Source of the DNA: an uncultured delta proteobacterium
Lineage (GTDB): Bacteria > Desulfobacterota > Desulfuromonadia > Desulfuromonadales > JACZKF01
Assembly (NCBI GenBank): GCA_963816395.1
Contig: CAWFKQ010000001.1
Location: forward strand, 48,636 to 112,635
DNA length: 64,000 nt
Direction: 5' to 3'
Shown here in pieces: positions 31,563 to 41,693 of the stretch. The stretch's first letter is position 1; each line of letters begins with the position of its first letter. The notes below the pieces were generated by a model. That model saw nothing but the letters and a program-made list of their open reading frames with translations. It had not been told where the DNA came from and did no database searches. The position numbers were made by a program, and so were the translations under genes.

Positions 31563-31982
31563 CTACGCCTGCCCGCCCTTACCCATCACATTGATCATCC
31601 ACGACACCCCGAATTTATCCGCAACCATACCGAAGCGCGGGGACCAAAAAGTTTTGGCCAACGGCATCTGCACCTCGCCCCCGTCAGCCAGCGCTGTAAA
31701 GAGGCGCTCGGCTTTGGCCTCGTCGGTCAAGGCGATCGACAGCGAGAAGCCCTGGAACTCCGGCGGTCCCTGGCAGCGGCCGTCGGAGGCCATTATGGTG
31801 CTGCCGCCGAGCCGCAAATTGGCGTGCATCACTTTTTCCTCCAACCCGGGCGGGCACATGCCGGGATCGGGGCTTTCCTTGAAACGCATGAGCATCGTCA
31901 CCTCGGCGCCGAGGGCCTTTTGGTAGAACTCCAGCGCCTCCTCGCAGTTTCCTTCGAAGATCAGATAGGGTTCGACGTGCAT
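31563..31982 (-). CDS. VOC/PhnB-like protein
   Basis: PYLIFEGNCEEAL.FY, MPLAKTFWS, DKFGVSWMIN. Confidence 0.9.
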   Translation of the reverse strand: MHVEPYLIFEGNCEEALEFYQKALGAEVTMLMRFKESPDPGMCPPGLEEKVMHANLRLGGSTIMASDGRCQGPPEFQGFSLSIALTDEAKAERLFTALADGGEVQMPLAKTFWSPRFGMVADKFGVSWMINVMGKGGQA

Positions 31983-31997
31983 CGCATGTCTCCTTTG

Positions 31998-32351
31998 TTA
32001 AAGGTCGACCAGCACCCGGAAGCCCCCGTACGCCATGCGTTTGGCATCGAACGGCAGGTTGTCGATCAGTTCCTTTAGGCGTGGATCGGCCATGACCTTG
32101 GCGTTGACCTCGTCGCGGTGCTCGCGCGAGCGGAACACAATATAGGAGAAGACCACGGTTTCCCCCGCCTCGGCCCGGGCCAGTTCGGGAAAGGATGTCA
32201 GCCCTTCGTCCGGCGTATCGTCGGCGATGCATTCGCGAAAGGCGAGAGCGCCATGTTGCATCCAGATCCGGCCGGCCGCCTCGGCCTGCCGGCGATACTC
32301 TTCGATCCGATCTGCGGGCAGGGGAATCACGAAACCGTCGACATAGTTCAT
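31998..32351 (-). CDS. DUF1428 (YbaA-like) protein
   Basis: YVDGFV, ETVVFS, PFDAKRMAYGGF. Confidence 0.9.
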   Translation of the reverse strand: MNYVDGFVIPLPADRIEEYRRQAEAAGRIWMQHGALAFRECIADDTPDEGLTSFPELARAEAGETVVFSYIVFRSREHRDEVNAKVMADPRLKELIDNLPFDAKRMAYGGFRVLVDL

Positions 32352-32906
32352 CTTGCATATCCTCCAGCGGTTTTCCTCCAGTGTACACGACAGTCTGCAG
32401 ACTTCATCCGGATCGCAACTTCCTCCTTTTAATGTCCGCTCCGGGGCTCTCAGGTGAATTGCCTGCCTGCAGCGATCCCCCTTGCTTTATCGCGCTCCCT
32501 GGCGTCATCCAGGCGAACCTTGCCATCTTCCCCGTCGGTGCCATAGTAATTGAACCGAAGCAAGGGAAGCTCCCCATCCTCCACGCGGCGCTCATCCTTT
32601 GCAGGGGCGCAGTGCAGCGTCTTCAGTTCGCCTGGAATTCTTCTCCCTCAATCCTCAAGAGCCGACCTCCTCTCCTTCCCCCCATTCTCTCCGCACCTCC
32701 CCGGGAGAGAGGCTGCGCTCGCGAAGGCGTTTTCTGGCCGCCTGAAAAGCTGTGTCCCAGGCATAATGCCGGGTGAAGGCATCGAAGAAGTCATAAGGAT
32801 TCTTCGGCTTCCGGTCCGGATCGAGAAAAGCTCCCTACCCCGCAAGCAGCCCCTCCCGATATCCGGGCGAAAGGTGAAGGGCCATGGCGGCCCCTTTCGG
32901 TACGAT

Positions 32907-33344
32907 TCACACCTTCCGCCTGAACCACGCCACAACCGCCTCCGCCGACTGCGTCCCGGAGATCTGGTCGACAACCTTGCCGCCGCGCAGCAGCATCATG
33001 GCCGGAATGCCCCGCACGCCGAAGCGGGCAGCAAGGCCGGGGTTCTCCTGGGTATCGACCTGTACCACGGCGGCCTCTCCCGCCAGTTTTTCGGCAACCG
33101 TTCGCACCGACGGTGCGAATGAGAGGCAATGCGGTCACCACGGGGCCCAGAACTCAGCCAGGATCGGTCCGGGATAGCTCTGCACGAAGCTGTCGAAGCT
33201 GCGTTCGGTGAGCGGCTGTGGGCGAAAGTAGAGCGGAGGCAGCGCGGCATGGCACCTGCCGCAGCGCCCGGCCTGACCCTCGCGCTCGGCGGGGATCCGG
33301 TTGGCCGTGCCGCAGGCTCCGCAGGTGACGGTGCAGGTTGACAT
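32907..33344 (-). CDS. selenocysteine-containing thioredoxin with N-terminal Zn finger (TrxC-like), 145 aa
   Basis: CGAC..CGRC, then FWAPW-TGA(33135-33137)-PHC in frame with VRGIP; hairpin downstream. Confidence 0.88.
33101..33119 (-). promoter_or_regulatory. bacterial SECIS-like hairpin
   Basis: TTCGCACC-GTC-GGTGCGAA starting 15 nt after the UGA; G then U in the apical loop. Confidence 0.75.
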
Positions 33345-33638
33345 GATTCCTCCCCTGAGATAATTGCGCGGATCATTACTCCGACAGTATAACCGGACGC
33401 CAGCGGGAGTGATCAGGGAGAAGGCGCAGCTGTTACTGTATGTCCTGGGGGGTAATGAGCACTCCATTTAATTGATGATTATTTATAGAAAGAGCAGCCT
33501 TGTACTTTTTATGCTGAATTTAATGCAAAATGCTAATGAAGCCCTGGCTTCTTGACATTCGGGATTTCTGTCTTATAAAAAAATACACATGCAATTTGGG
33601 TGGAGAGTCCGATTAACAATCATAATAGGAGAAGATTT

Positions 33639-34430
33639 ATGAAAGCTCTAAGCATTTTTTCAGCTTTATTTTTTATAAGTGCCCTGATGATGAGCAGTTC
33701 CGCCATGGCTCAGCAGTACAGCGGCCAGCAACAGGGCCAGCAATTCCAGAATCAGCAAGACACACAGGTCGATTTCAGCGCGCCCGACCTGGCCCAGATT
33801 CAGATGCGACTTGCCCAGGCCGGATTCTACCAGGGGAACATTGACGGAGTCTGGGGAGAAAATACTAAACAGGCACTCCGCCAGTATCAGCAGGCAGTCG
33901 GAATTCAGCCGACGGGCGACCTCAACCTGAGGACCCTCGCCTCCCTGACACCTTCCCAACAGCAGCAGTTTTATGGTCAGGCCCCAGCTTTTCAGCAGCA
34001 GCCGCGGAGCCAGCAGTATCAGCAGCCCCAGTTCCAGCCGCAGACCCAGTATCAGCCCCAATTCCAGCCGCAGACCCAGTATCAGCAACCCCAGTTCCAG
34101 CATCCCCAATTCCAGCAGCAGGGGCAACAGCAGGAGACCCAGGTGACCTTCAACTCGTCCGATCTGCGCAATATTCAACAGAGGCTCAGCCAGCTGGGAT
34201 TTTATCATGGGAATATCGACGGAATCTGGGGAGAGAGCACCGCGCAGGCCGTCCGGCAGTACCAGCAGGCCAGAGGAATGCAGCCCACGGGCAATCTCAA
34301 TCTGACCACCCTCGCTGCCCTGAGCCTGGTCCCGCAGCAGTTCTACGGTCAGGCCCCCGCTTTTCAGCAGCAGCCCCAGGGCCAGCAATTTCAACGACAA
34401 CCCAAGGGCCAGTTTCAGCAGGGGCAGTAA
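33639..34430 (+). CDS. secreted Gln-rich protein with two peptidoglycan-binding (PG_binding_1-like) domains
   Basis: Signal peptide; 2x IQ.RL.Q.GFY.GNIDG.WGE.T.QA.RQYQ...G..PTG.L; QPQFQPQTQY repeats. Confidence 0.88.
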   Translation: MKALSIFSALFFISALMMSSSAMAQQYSGQQQGQQFQNQQDTQVDFSAPDLAQIQMRLAQAGFYQGNIDGVWGENTKQALRQYQQAVGIQPTGDLNLRTLASLTPSQQQQFYGQAPAFQQQPRSQQYQQPQFQPQTQYQPQFQPQTQYQQPQFQHPQFQQQGQQQETQVTFNSSDLRNIQQRLSQLGFYHGNIDGIWGESTAQAVRQYQQARGMQPTGNLNLTTLAALSLVPQQFYGQAPAFQQQPQGQQFQRQPKGQFQQGQ

Positions 34431-34476
34431 ACAAACCACCGGAATCAACCACCCAGAGATCTACCTCTTTCTTTCG

Positions 34477-34502
34477 GTCAGGCTTTCAGCCTGACTTTTT
34501 TT
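34477..34502 (+). terminator. intrinsic terminator
   Basis: GTCAGGCT-TTC-AGCCTGAC plus T7. Confidence 0.85.
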
Positions 34503-34632
34503 GTAGAGCCTTGCGCAGTCGAGGCCCCACGGTCTGATGCCCCGCTTTTCCTTTGACACCCCTTATGGATCAATCGTAATCTTTGCCTCGTCAACTACCG
34601 CTCTGACCCTGCCTGGAAAAGGAGGCTGACCC

Positions 34633-35193
34633 GTGGATACTCTTGAATCGATCAGAACCAGAAGAAGCGTTCGCAAGTTTTCCGATCGGCCGGTCGCCGA
34701 GGAAGAGCTCCAGGCGGTGCTGGAGGCGGCGCGGCTGGCTCCGTCGTGGGCGAACCTGCAGTGTTGGCGGTTCGTGGTGGTGCGGGATCCGTCCATGAAG
34801 GCAAAGATCAGCGAGCTGTCGTATCTGGAGGCATACTTCGCTCCCAAGGGATACAAGTCCAATCCTGCGCTGAAGGCCCTGGCCGAAGCTCCGGTGGTGA
34901 TCGTCGCTTGTGCCGACCCTGCCGAGTCGGGAGATTTGCGGGGGCAGCAGTACTACCTGACCGATGTCGGCATCGCGGCGGAGAACCTCATGCTTGCCGC
35001 CCACGCCCTGGGGCTGGGGAGCGTGTTCGTGGGTGTCTTCGAGGAGGAAAAACTGCGTGACGTGCTCAACATCCCCCGCAACATCCGCATCGTCGGGCTC
35101 TTCCCCCTGGGTTACCCGCAGGCGGAATCGAAGGGGGGACCGCCGAGAAAGTCGCTCGACGAGATCGTTTTCCAGGAAAAATGGAAGGGGTAA
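34633..35193 (+). CDS. nitroreductase family protein
   Basis: [28 protein letters not shown]. Confidence 0.92.
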   Translation: MDTLESIRTRRSVRKFSDRPVAEEELQAVLEAARLAPSWANLQCWRFVVVRDPSMKAKISELSYLEAYFAPKGYKSNPALKALAEAPVVIVACADPAESGDLRGQQYYLTDVGIAAENLMLAAHALGLGSVFVGVFEEEKLRDVLNIPRNIRIVGLFPLGYPQAESKGGPPRKSLDEIVFQEKWKG

Positions 35194-35802
35194 AACGGCG
35201 GGCAGCTGAGGGCGGGGCGGGCATTATGGCGCAGGACGGAAACGCCCGGAAAGAAATGTCTGACAGCCGGAAGGGTAAGTCCCGGAAATGACAGGGGCCT
35301 TGCCTGTATTTATCAACTGACTGAAAAATAAGTGGAAATCGGCCGCGTATAGAGGTACACTTTACTTGCAGTACTGCAGAGGCAATCACCCATTGCAAAG
35401 GAGGTCGCCTATCGATGATATGGAAACACAATTTAATAGTTATCAGATGCACCGGCGATTTCGATTGCCGGTATAACCCGTGATCAGGGTACGAACGAAT
35501 TCACCAAAGGCCCAGCCTACCAAGTAGGCGGGCCTTTCACTTTGTGCACTGGCCACCCGAACATGCCACCCGGCGACTTCTCCCTTAATCCCATCCTTTC
35601 AGGTCTGAAAACCGGGCTTGCCGCCTCCCCTCCGCCATTACCATAGAAATCTATCCCCAAGAAGGCCGCTCCGTCTGATGTGTTTTGCTCTTCGGGGCAG
35701 CCCGGCTCGGCATCGATATGCTCGGGCCGCCGCCGGAGGAGCCCGCCTCTGCCTGAAGGCAACGAGTAGTGCAAGCTGGCCACGGAAGAGCGTCTGCGAG
35801 GG

Positions 35803-36375
35803 TCAGAGGCCGCGGATGAAGGAGAGGAGATACAACGGATTCCCGACCGTGACTTTCTCCCCGGCGCGGAAGCCGTAAGGAGTCACCAGAACCTCGAGCT
35901 CGGCGGGGGAGAGGCGGATGGTGGCGGGGGGGCCGGGGTCGCTCTCCACCTTTTCAAACTCCACGACAACCAGCCGGCCGCCGGGGCGGATGATCCGGGC
36001 GGCCTCGCGCAGGGCGCCCTCCGCCACCCCGTCAGCCACCAGGTCGTGCAGCACGGTCGCCAGAAGGGCGACCTCGATGCCGGCGTCCGGCAGCGGCAGG
36101 CGGCCGCTCACGTCCGCCACTTCGGCCCGGATCTGGTTCAACCCCCGCTCCCGAGCCTGCTGGCGCAGGTTGGCAATCCCCTCCTCCCACAGGTCGAAGG
36201 CATGTATCGCCCCCGCCGGGCCGACGAGTTCGGCGGCGGCCAGGGCATAACTGCCCGCGCCGCAGGCGAGATCGGCCAGGATGGAAGCCTGCTGCAGACG
36301 CAGCTCGGCCAGGACCTTCTCGGGGTCGACGAGATCGAAACTGCTCTTGCCGGCGGCAATCGGATGTCCGGACAT
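35803..36375 (-). CDS. class I SAM-dependent methyltransferase
   Basis: ADLACGAG; RIIRPGGRL. Confidence 0.88.
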   Translation of the reverse strand: MSGHPIAAGKSSFDLVDPEKVLAELRLQQASILADLACGAGSYALAAAELVGPAGAIHAFDLWEEGIANLRQQARERGLNQIRAEVADVSGRLPLPDAGIEVALLATVLHDLVADGVAEGALREAARIIRPGGRLVVVEFEKVESDPGPPATIRLSPAELEVLVTPYGFRAGEKVTVGNPLYLLSFIRGL

Positions 36376-36570
36376 GCGAAACTCCTCTCTTCCGAAAGAA
36401 TACTGAAATTCTATCAGATTGAAGTAAGCCCTGAAGGAAGAAAAAATGACCTCAGCCGCCGGATCAGGACTTGGCGAGAGCGAGCGTCTCGCGGCACTCC
36501 TCGCCGGGGCGAGGGGGAAAGGGGCAAAAGCCTGCTATAAAGTAGGAGAAAAGAAAACGCGGAAAGAGGC

Positions 36571-38112
36571 GTGGCGATGAAACAGAGGCCGGCTACTCGG
36601 CCGATCCATATAGAAGGCCGGAATGAGTACGAAGAAGAGATCCGGGCCGAGCAGGTCAAGCAGATCTACGCCCTCGCCCCCATCGGCCTCATAGCGACTT
36701 TCCTCAACGCGCTCATTGTCTTTTACATCCTGAAAGATATCGTGCCGATTTCAATCCTGGGGAGCTGGCTGGCAGTCATCCTGTCCGTCACTTTCCTGAG
36801 AACCGGTCTTGTCTGGCGCTTCCGGCGAACCGACTTCCACCACGCGGCGGCGCCCGCCTGGGGACGTCGCTTCAATGCCGGCCTGGTTCTCATCGGCCTG
36901 GCCTGGGGTGGACTGGGAGCCATTCCGTTCACAACCGTGCCGGTGCATTACCAGCTGTTCATCGCTTTTGTTCTCGGCGGCATGATGGCCGGGGCGGCGG
37001 CGACTTTTTCGATCCTCAAGGGGGGGTATCTCGCCTTCAGCCTCCCGACCCTCGCCCCGTTCGCCATCCATTTCTTTCTGATAGCCGACATGCTCCATTG
37101 CGCCATGGGCGGAATGTTCGTGTTGTTCGGCGTTCTTCTCTGGCGGCTGTCGGTACACACTTACCGGGTCCACCGGACTTCGTTTCTGCTCCGCTTTGAA
37201 AACCGGGGGATGATCGAACGGCTGCAGCAGGAGATGGAACATGGCGAGGAGCTGAACCGGCAGCTGCGCACCGAAGTTGAGGCCCGAAGGCGGGCCGAGG
37301 CGGAACTGCGGGCGCAACAGCGGGATCTCGAACGGACCGTCGGGGAGCGGACCAGGGACCTGCGCCTGGCCAACGAGCAGCTGCAGGGGGCCAAGGAAGC
37401 CGCGGAAGCGGCCAATCGGGCGAAGAGTGAGTTTCTCGCCAACATGAGCCATGAAATGCGCACTCCCCTGGCCGGCGCCATGGGAATGATAAACCTGATC
37501 CTGCATATGGAAATCGGCGAGCAGCCGAAGCAGCTTCTGGAGATGGCGAAGCGCTCCGCCGATTCCCTCCTGCGCCTCATCTCCGATCTGCTGGACTTCT
37601 CCAGCCTGGAAGCCGGGGTCATCACCTTCGAGAAAAAGTTCTTTTTTCTCTCCGAGGTCATCGCGACCGCCGTCGAGGTGGTGTCCCTCCAGGCCGCAGA
37701 AAAGGGGCTGCAGCTGTCCTGGAAAGTTGACGGGGCGGCCCCGGAGAAGCTGGCCGGGGATGCAGGGCGGCTGCGGCAGGTGCTGGTCAATCTGCTGGGC
37801 AATGCGGTCAAATTTACCCGGCAGGGGAAGGTCGAGGTGTCGGTATGCCCCTTTCACGACCCGCAGGGGGAGGAGGGGCAATTCCTGCTTTTCTCCATCC
37901 GCGACACCGGGGTCGGCATTCCCCCCGATCAGCTCGAGCGGATTTTCGGAAAGTTCACCCAGGTCGACTCCTCAAGGACGAGAAAATACGGCGGTGTCGG
38001 CCTCGGGCTGGCCCTGTCGAAACAGATCGTCGAGAGAACCGGAGGAAGAATCTGGGCCGAGAGCTGCATTGGGGAGGGAAGCGTCTTTTATTTCACCTAT
38101 CCGCTGGCATAG
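36571..38112 (+). CDS. membrane-bound sensor histidine kinase
   Basis: About five TM helices; FLANMSHEMRTP, NLLGNAVKFT, DTGVG, GLGL. Confidence 0.93.
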   Translation: MAMKQRPATRPIHIEGRNEYEEEIRAEQVKQIYALAPIGLIATFLNALIVFYILKDIVPISILGSWLAVILSVTFLRTGLVWRFRRTDFHHAAAPAWGRRFNAGLVLIGLAWGGLGAIPFTTVPVHYQLFIAFVLGGMMAGAAATFSILKGGYLAFSLPTLAPFAIHFFLIADMLHCAMGGMFVLFGVLLWRLSVHTYRVHRTSFLLRFENRGMIERLQQEMEHGEELNRQLRTEVEARRRAEAELRAQQRDLERTVGERTRDLRLANEQLQGAKEAAEAANRAKSEFLANMSHEMRTPLAGAMGMINLILHMEIGEQPKQLLEMAKRSADSLLRLISDLLDFSSLEAGVITFEKKFFFLSEVIATAVEVVSLQAAEKGLQLSWKVDGAAPEKLAGDAGRLRQVLVNLLGNAVKFTRQGKVEVSVCPFHDPQGEEGQFLLFSIRDTGVGIPPDQLERIFGKFTQVDSSRTRKYGGVGLGLALSKQIVERTGGRIWAESCIGEGSVFYFTYPLA

Positions 38113-38501
38113 GTCTCACGTTGAGATGTCAGATGCCGCCCGGCGTAGCGGTCGACCAGCGAGTAGAATCGGTGGAAATCGATCGGTTTCGTCAGGTAAT
38201 CATCCATTCCGGCCGCCCGGCACAACTCCCTGTCCTGTACCCTGACGTGGGCGGTCATGGCGACGATGGCCACATGGCCGCCTTTGGCCATTTCTTTCTT
38301 CCGGATGATGCGGGTCGCCTCCAGACCGTCCATGTCCGGCATCTGGACGTCCATAAGGATCAGGTCGAAATCGCCGCTCTCCCAGGCCTCAATGGCCCGC
38401 TGCCCGTCTTCCACGACGCGGCAGGGGATCTCCTTGACGGAAAGCATCAGCGAAACCATCTGCCGTAGGGTCGGGTCATCTTCTGCGACGAGAACATTCA
38501 T
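38097..38501 (-). CDS. single-domain response regulator
   Basis: AEDD, DVQMPDMDG, MTAH, KP. Confidence 0.92.
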   Translation of the reverse strand: MNVLVAEDDPTLRQMVSLMLSVKEIPCRVVEDGQRAIEAWESGDFDLILMDVQMPDMDGLEATRIIRKKEMAKGGHVAIVAMTAHVRVQDRELCRAAGMDDYLTKPIDFHRFYSLVDRYAGRHLTSQRETYASG

Positions 38502-38687
38502 TGCTGCACGTTTTGTTCACGGTGGTCTTTCGTCGGCCGCAGGCTTGCTTGTCGCCAATGACAAAAGCTGCGCGTGGCGGATTGCTATTGAATTCCATTA
38601 TCAACAATCGCGCAGGAAAAGAACAGCCCCCCTGCACCACGGGCGGAGCACCGGGGGGGCCGTGGGGCCGTGGGGGCGTGCGGGCGC

Positions 38688-39188
38688 TCAGGAAGAGTGG
38701 CGCGGACTCTCCTCCGCCACCTGCCGGTCCAAACGGTTGTCGAGTTCGCCGATGTAGGCGGCGAGGGAGTTCCCCGCCTGCTCGACCGCCGCGCGCAGGT
38801 CCCGGTCGAGCTGTTCCAGCCGCGCCAGCATCTCCGCCTGCCCCTGGCCGGCCTGCTCGCGGAGTTCCAGCACCCTGGCTTCGAGCAGGGTTCGCAGCTC
38901 GGTGAAACGCGAAGTTTCGGCCTTATCGGCCAGCTCGCGCTGCGCCTGCAGTTCGCGCGTATGCCGTCTGGCTTCAACGAGAACAGACGTCCGCAGGAAG
39001 ACCACCGTCACCACGCACATCAGGGTGATCAGCCCGGTGAGGCCGAGCATGATCAAGCCGAGCGGCGCCTCGACCGTGGTGACCAGGAGCGACAAAGTCA
39101 TCGGCGCGGTAAAGGCGGCCCAGTTGACTGCGGCGAAGATGGCGGTTGCGATCAAGACCAGCAAAAACAACACCACTCGAAGATTCAT
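38688..39188 (-). CDS. LapA/DUF1049-like membrane protein with coiled coil
   Basis: Two TM segments (FAAVNW...LSLL...APLGLIML); ADKAETSRFTELR. Confidence 0.75.
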   Translation of the reverse strand: MNLRVVLFLLVLIATAIFAAVNWAAFTAPMTLSLLVTTVEAPLGLIMLGLTGLITLMCVVTVVFLRTSVLVEARRHTRELQAQRELADKAETSRFTELRTLLEARVLELREQAGQGQAEMLARLEQLDRDLRAAVEQAGNSLAAYIGELDNRLDRQVAEESPRHSS

Positions 39189-39264
39189 CCTTGACCCTCC
39201 TGGCAAGCTCGAAATGACGAATTTTCTTGATCTGCATTATACTCCAATCTTTGAACTTTTTGCC

Positions 39265-39904
39265 TCAGAGACGACTGGCCAGCAGCCAGGCGTAGATCCT
39301 GTCGGCTCCATAGGCGGAGGTCGCTGTACCGACATGATCGAGTCCCTCATCCAGGTAGACGCGGTCCTCCGAACCGGAGGTCCCGACCGGTTTCAGACGC
39401 AGGCGATCCATGAACTGCCGGCGGCCATATCGCGATGCCTGCCCCGAGGAAAACCAGACGGGTAGTCCCGGGTCTTCCACCGGCACGCGCGTCGGGTCCA
39501 CCGGCCACAATGCCGCCCACGGCGGCCCCGCCAGGAGCGCCAGATCGAAGACTCCGTTGCCGCCGAAGCTGAAGCCGGTCAGATAGGTCCGCCGCGGGTC
39601 CCCGCCGCGGCCGGAGTGCACCTGTCTGATGATTTCCAGGACCGCGGCTGGCATGGAAACGCCAGAGATCCCCCCGGGCGGGGAGCTGCGGCGCCACCAC
39701 AATGAATTCTCCGGTGGCGCGCGGGGAGCTGCCGGGTCGCAGGGGGCCGTGGCGGGTAATCCCCGTGTAAATATCGGTGGGCGGCCCCTCATCCAGCCCG
39801 TGGAGAAAGCAGAGAACGGGGCGTTTTGCCGGGACTTCTCCCGGCGGCAGGGAAAGCAGGTAGGGCAGAGCGCCACTTTCGACGAGTTGCAGTTCTCGTT
39901 TCAT
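39265..39904 (-). CDS. alpha/beta hydrolase (frameshift ~39655)
   Basis: LCFLHG, VVAPQ, YLTGFSFGG (GxSxG), DH. Confidence 0.75.
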
Positions 39905-40829
39905 CTCTTCCCTCGGAATGGAGCCGTCCTGGAAATATAAGGTGAGGGCCCGGAAAATACCAGAGGCGGGGTGCCCGGCCATTATTGAAGTGGTGCGATC
40001 GCGCGCGTCTTCCCAATTTGACATATCCTTTCCATTCGCTATGTTGTCTGTTTCGTTTTTCTCCGGTTCTCTTTGTTATTGAATTCTTCCTTAGCAATCA
40101 CCCTATATAAGACAAAACCATTCAAGTCAAACGCCGGTAGGCCTTCGTAAATTCCAAGCATTTTTATGTTTCCTCTGGTTAATTATGGGCCTCATTTATA
40201 ATTAGTAAATATAAATAAAACCGGAAGGCCATTCCATCATATCAACCCGATTTTAATTAGTAAAATTCCGATTTTTATCCATTTCCACCGTGTTTGACTT
40301 TTATTTTGACGAATATATACTGACCAGCGAAAGGGTAGATTTAATAAATTTATTTATTAAATAATCCATAAAAATTAAAAATAATAAGTTAATTCAATTC
40401 AGACGTATAGGATGTTGGTTGCAAGTTTATGGCCATCGGTTCAGGTTCTATGTTCACACTATCATTCATCCAAAATTCAGCTATAGGAGCAGAAAAGGCG
40501 AAGCCGGAATCGACCCAGGGCGCCAACTTCCCCATGCTGCGAGCGAGCGCAGCATGCGGCTCCACAACAGCCCGGCCTGCCTTGCGGCAGGTGCGCATGG
40601 AGTCAAACAGGCGGGGCTTTAATGGCGGATATGGCGACGGAAGGTGCGGGCAGGTCCCCTACCACCGGTCGGCCGGAGGTGAACTTTCAGCAGACGAACG
40701 GGCTGGAACCAAGCAGAGATCTCGATTTACAACCCTCCTCCATGGGAAAGCCCGTCCTGATTTCTTCCATAGGAGTTGAGTTGCGATGAAGTACCTCGGG
40801 TGGAAGCATTTGCACGAAAGGAGAATGGC

Positions 40830-41444
40830 ATGAAACGCATCGCGATTTTTACAGCATTGGTCTTCGCTTCCGGCCTCTTCCTGGCCGGCGATATTCTCGC
40901 CCAGCAGCGGGGCAATGTCGGACAGGCACCTGGACAGGCCGGCATGCAGGAGCGTTATCAGGAGCAGGCCCAGGGGACCGGGACCGTGCTGACCATCAGC
41001 CCGGCCCAGCTGCGCATGATTCAGCAGCGGCTGAATCAACTTGGCTATAACACCGGTCAGGTGAACGGCAACTGGGATCAGCAGACCGCCCAAGCGGTCC
41101 AGAACTACCAGAAGGCCGCCGGCCTCGAACCGACCGGCCATGTGAACACCAACTTCCTGCAGTCAATCGGGCTTGGTAACCTGCTGGCCGGCGGCGTCAG
41201 TGGTCAGCAACAGCAATTTTACGGCCAGGCTCCGCAGTTCGGCGGACAGCAGCAGGGCTATCAGGGGATCCCGCAGCAAGGCTTCCAAGGCCAGGGTCAG
41301 CAGGGTTTCCAGGGCCAGCAGGGCGGTTTCCAGGGACAGCAGGGTTATCAAGGACAGCAGGGACAGCAGGGGTACCAAGGACAGCAGGGACAGCAGGGTT
41401 ATCAAGGACAGCAGGGACAGCAAGGCGGCAATCAGAACCAATAA
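40830..41444 (+). CDS. secreted peptidoglycan-binding protein with Gly/Gln/Tyr repeat tail
   Basis: Signal peptide; IQQRLNQLGY..G.VNG.W...T.QAV.NYQ; (GYQGQQGQQ)x3. Confidence 0.88.
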   Translation: MKRIAIFTALVFASGLFLAGDILAQQRGNVGQAPGQAGMQERYQEQAQGTGTVLTISPAQLRMIQQRLNQLGYNTGQVNGNWDQQTAQAVQNYQKAAGLEPTGHVNTNFLQSIGLGNLLAGGVSGQQQQFYGQAPQFGGQQQGYQGIPQQGFQGQGQQGFQGQQGGFQGQQGYQGQQGQQGYQGQQGQQGYQGQQGQQGGNQNQ

Positions 41445-41693
41445 TTGCCCCTTTTCTGCAGGAATTCATGGAACCAACTTTCAACTAGGCAAATGCAAAA
41501 TCCACCCGATTACATTCAGCCGGGATTTGTCCCGGCTTTTATTTTAAATTGGCCTCTGGTTTTTATCGGTGGCTGCTTGCGCGTTTCGAACATATGCTGG
41601 TCGCGCAGGTGGTTCCAGGAACTGCGCCTGCCGTAGTCCATGGTGTGGTAGTAGCGTTCGGCGCAGGCGGGCGATGCAGGCCGCGGCCGTGCC

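Noticed and set aside
32450..32645. Startless protein-like frame on the minus strand (ELPLLRFNYYGTDG)
   Set aside because: No credible start or recognisable family.
34477..34495. AGCCTGAC in a terminator and TTGAAATTTCC at ~10424 matching IS110 site sequences
   Set aside because: Short matches expected by chance; no other element features nearby.
40020..40400. Very AT-rich tract as a replication origin or foreign gene
   Set aside because: No DnaA-box cluster, iterons or ORF seen; probably regulatory DNA between divergent genes.
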